A DNA stretch of 64,000 nucleotides, from positions 10,930 to 74,929 of the forward strand of contig JAHJQM010000010.1 in assembly GCA_018819285.1 (NCBI GenBank), given 5' to 3'. The stretch is from Candidatus Omnitrophota bacterium (lineage in GTDB: Bacteria > Omnitrophota > Gorgyraeia > Gorgyraeales > Gorgyraeaceae). Below the pieces are notes generated by a model, which saw only the letters and a program-made list of their open reading frames with translations, made no database searches and was not told the origin of the DNA. Position numbers and translations under genes: made by a program. Each line of letters begins with the position of its first letter. Positions within the stretch are counted from its first letter, which is position 1. Positions 61,289 to 64,000 of this stretch are shown here, in pieces.

Positions 61289-62607
61289 AAATAAATTCAT
61301 ATTTTGGCATAGCGCTTCATATGCATCAACCAGTAATTCCAGCAGGCGGCTCTGACATCAGGACAGCGAAACTGATTTCTAATTTGCAATATATGATGGA
61401 TCATCAGGATATCGGAGACAATCACAATGCGTCTGTATTTTTGAATTGTTATTCAAGGATAGCTGATTTTGTAAGAGAACTTTCGGGCGAAGGTAAAAAT
61501 CCAAGGATCATGCTGGATTATTCGGGAAATCTTCTTTGGGGCCTTAAGGATATGGGTGAAGAAAGAGTCTTGGATAATCTCAAGCTCGTTACCTGCGATA
61601 AAAAATATTCCGGGTATGTGGAATGGCTCGGGACAATGTTGTCGCATTCCGTGGTCAGTTCTACTCCTGTCCCGGACATAAGACTTCATATAAAAGAATG
61701 GCAGGGTTATTTTGCGTCAATATTCGGACAAAAAGCCCTTAAAAAGGTCAAAGGGTTTTCTAGCCCTGAGATGCATCTTCCGATCCATCCTGATGTGTGT
61801 TTTGAATACATAAAAGCTTTGAAAGAATGCGGATATAAATGGCTCATGGTCCAGGAGCATACGATAGAAAACCTGGACGGCACGTCTGTAAGAAGGCCGC
61901 ATTTTCCACATAAGTTAGTCGCTAAAAATTCTCTTGGAGAAAAGGCAGAGATAACAGTTATTATAAAGACTCAAGGGTCTGATAATAAACTCATTGGCCA
62001 GATGCAGCCATATTACGAAGCCAAGACTTTAGGACATGAGATATACTGCGGTGTTGAACTTCCACCTTTTGTAGCTCAGATAGGGGATGGAGAAAATGGT
62101 GGAGTAATGATGAATGAATTTCCAGAAGCGTACAAGAAGGCTTTTCGAGAAACAGGCTGTGAAGGCACAGCCGGCATGAATGGAACAGAGTACCTTGAAT
62201 TTGTAAAACAGGCTGGTTTGGACGAAAAGTCATTTATGCCTGTACAGCCTATTTCTCAGAGCAAGATCTGGGAATTTTTAAAGGAATATTCTCATGGCGC
62301 AGCTGACAAGGCTATTGAAAAAGTGAAACAAAAATATCCAGGCTTCAGTTTAGAAAAGGCATCATGGACGAACGATAAAGATTGGGTAAAGGGTTACGAA
62401 GATATAATGGATCCCATAATCCAGCTTAGCGCGGCATTTCATAAGAAATTTGACAATAAAAATATAGATAAAGCAAGCCCTGCTTATAAAAAAGCGCTTC
62501 TTTATTTATTATTATCTCAGACAAGTTGCTTTCGTTATTGGGGAACAGGCGTATGGACAGATTATGCAAAGGAGATCTGCCGCAGGGGTATGGAAGCGCT
62601 AAAATAA
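61285..62607 (+). CDS. GH57-like protein (HxHQP motif)
   Basis: IALHMHQP N-terminal motif; 440 aa; family assignment is tentative. Confidence 0.5.
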   Translation: MKINSYFGIALHMHQPVIPAGGSDIRTAKLISNLQYMMDHQDIGDNHNASVFLNCYSRIADFVRELSGEGKNPRIMLDYSGNLLWGLKDMGEERVLDNLKLVTCDKKYSGYVEWLGTMLSHSVVSSTPVPDIRLHIKEWQGYFASIFGQKALKKVKGFSSPEMHLPIHPDVCFEYIKALKECGYKWLMVQEHTIENLDGTSVRRPHFPHKLVAKNSLGEKAEITVIIKTQGSDNKLIGQMQPYYEAKTLGHEIYCGVELPPFVAQIGDGENGGVMMNEFPEAYKKAFRETGCEGTAGMNGTEYLEFVKQAGLDEKSFMPVQPISQSKIWEFLKEYSHGAADKAIEKVKQKYPGFSLEKASWTNDKDWVKGYEDIMDPIIQLSAAFHKKFDNKNIDKASPAYKKALLYLLLSQTSCFRYWGTGVWTDYAKEICRRGMEALK

Positions 62608-62636
62608 ATGTAACAATATTATTTCATACTTTTGCT

Positions 62637-62941
62637 CTGCTCAGGCCAGCAGTTTGAGAGGCCTTTTTGACACGAGCGGGCACGGTGTCTGTTGAGCCAG
62701 GTGGGGCCATTCGGCACTGAATCGTTTCGCCGTCCGCTACGGTTTATGGTTCGTTCTTCTGTCGACTATCGTATTGTCAACCGATCAGAACTCACCATAA
62801 ATCCTTGCGGACTTTTGCCGAAACGATTCTAATGTGCCTCAGACCCCGCCTGGCTCAACAGACGAGCGAGTGTCAAAACGGAGCAAAATTTTTACGCTGG
62901 GAAAATTTTGCGTCCTCGCAAACTGCTGGTCTGGGCAGAGA
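62637..62941 (+). ncRNA. ~305-nt GC-rich nested inverted-repeat element (candidate structured ncRNA or MITE-like insertion)
   Basis: Outer arms CTCTGCTCAGGCCAGCAGTTTGAGAGG (62637-62663) and CCTCGCAAACTGCTGGTCTGGGCAGAG (62915-62941). Further nested reverse-complement blocks lie inside. No ORF of note, and GC content is clearly above flanking DNA. Confidence 0.45.
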
Positions 62942-63032
62942 TCAGGAACATAGCCATTAAAATAGGTCTTAAACAGACTGATTGACAAGGATTTTATTAT
63001 CTGATATAGTCTATAAAACACAAGGAGGAAAG

Positions 63033-63224
63033 ATGATAAAGAAACTGAAGAAAGTCTTATCGCTGGATAATAATGAAAATCGTGTCAGCCGTGAAGAATT
63101 TATGCAGCTTGTCCAGAAAAAGGCATACGAAATTTATGAAAAAAGAGGGTGTCAATCTGGCAATGACCTGGAAGATTGGCTTAATGCTGAAAGGTTAGTG
63201 AAAGAAGACCTTGGAGTAAAATGA
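63033..63224 (+). CDS. DUF2934-family small protein
   Basis: …AYEIYEKRG…GNDLEDWLNAE… motif; strong AAGGAGG Shine-Dalgarno before the ATG at 63033; ATGA overlap with the next gene. Confidence 0.5.
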   Translation: MIKKLKKVLSLDNNENRVSREEFMQLVQKKAYEIYEKRGCQSGNDLEDWLNAERLVKEDLGVK

Positions 63225-64000
63225 TATACTGGGCGCCGCTTCTACATTTTTATCAGCCTCCGACGCAGTCTCATGATGTCCTTGCAAAAATCTGCGAAGA
63301 ATCCTACAGGCCATTAGTAAAAGTATTTAAAGAGCATCCCGAATCCAGGATTACTATAAATATGTGCGGGGTGCTTACTGAAATGCTGGGTATCCATGGT
63401 TATGGGGATGTCGTAACGGGTCTCAGGGAGCTTGGAAAAAGCGGCCAGGTTGAGTTTGTTGAATCTGCAAAATTCCACGCTATACTGCCTTTAATACCAA
63501 AGAAAGAAGCCAGGAGGCAGATAGAATTAAACAGATTAACAAACCTGTCTTTTTTTAAAAATAGCTATAAGCCAAAAGGATTTTTTCTGCCAGAGATGTG
63601 CTACTCCGATGAAACAGCCTCTATCGTAAGAGATATGGGTTATGAATGGGTTATAGTGAGCGGTATTGCCTGCCAAGGAAAATGGCCTATGGATTACGTG
63701 CCAACTTTTAAACTTTCTTCAGGCGCCATAAAGGCATTTTTCAGAGACGATATAGTCAGCAACATGATCAGTTTTAAAAACCTGGACGCCAATGGATTTG
63801 TCTCTAACGTTAAAGGCTTGGGCAAGGGGAAAGAAGATGTATATATAATTACAGCAATGGATGCGGAAACATTTGGCCACCATATAAGAGATTGGGAAAA
63901 GATATTTCTTGGAGCTGTTTACGAAATTATAGAGGATTCAGAAGAGATAAAAGTAATTAATATCAGCGACCTTCTAAAGATATTTCCTGCAGTAAAGACA
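63221..64000 (+). CDS. glycoside hydrolase family 57 protein, N-terminal part (continues beyond the window)
   Basis: LLHFYQPP N-terminal motif and …MDAETFGHH…; the ORF is open to the window end. Confidence 0.7.
   Translation, partial: MIYWAPLLHFYQPPTQSHDVLAKICEESYRPLVKVFKEHPESRITINMCGVLTEMLGIHGYGDVVTGLRELGKSGQVEFVESAKFHAILPLIPKKEARRQIELNRLTNLSFFKNSYKPKGFFLPEMCYSDETASIVRDMGYEWVIVSGIACQGKWPMDYVPTFKLSSGAIKAFFRDDIVSNMISFKNLDANGFVSNVKGLGKGKEDVYIITAMDAETFGHHIRDWEKIFLGAVYEIIEDSEEIKVINISDLLKIFPAVKT

Noticed and set aside
62637-62941. The GC-rich structured element as oriC, RNase P RNA, tmRNA, SRP RNA or a tRNA
   Set aside because: There are no DnaA-box clusters or AT-rich unwinding element. The universally conserved RNase P (GGAAAGTCCGG, ACAGAACCCGGCTTA), tmRNA (GGGGCTGATTCTGG… / tRNA-like 3' end) and SRP domain IV motifs are absent, and no cloverleaf can be drawn. 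The identity remains open, so it was kept as a finding.

Overview
This is an AT-rich bacterial chromosomal window, almost entirely + strand, with no CRISPR, rRNA or obvious IS/transposase. It runs through housekeeping blocks: the recJ 3' end, rpmB, recG, rsmD-coaD, pta-ackA, the classic yceD-rpmF-plsX-fabHDG-acpP-fabF lipid locus, and a near-complete type II secretion (Gsp) gene set (E,F,G,I,J,K,L,M, MerR-like, A,B,D,C). After that come bcd-etfBA, smc, a GAF-GGDEF cyclase, an FMN riboswitch-controlled rearranged rib operon with nusB, ydbH/ydbL-like genes, rmuC, tRNA-Pro, acyP-ligA, xerD, udg, priA, def-fmt, a tandem galT-like pair, gap, a two-component system and an alpha-glucan locus (CBM48, GT4, DUF4912, three GH57, DUF2934). 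Several families of repeated structured non-coding elements are not explained by the coding annotation. (1) A 35-bp REP-like palindrome (AAGTTGACACTCTGACATTGTCAGAGTGTCAACTT; 7 copies, always directly after a + strand gene) carries stop codons in all three frames and donates the stop codon to three upstream genes. (2) A second palindrome family has a GACCAGGTCTTGAGCACAG core (2 copies). (3) A conserved 5' leader cassette (TTAATTCCTTAGCYAATT ... AAATTCAGAGGTGAYTATACA + start) precedes ackA, a MerR-like gene and galT-like copy 1. (4) A dual-hairpin 5' UTR with compensatory covariation precedes ribH and gap. (5) A 35-bp palindrome occurs as direct copies flanking the MerR-like gene inside the Gsp cluster. 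(6) A ~305-nt GC-rich nested-hairpin element sits inside the GH57 locus. Protein-level oddities are a secretin with a C-terminal TonB_C-like domain, a galT-like paralog lacking the nucleophilic His, and a sensor-less histidine kinase upstream of the glucan genes.
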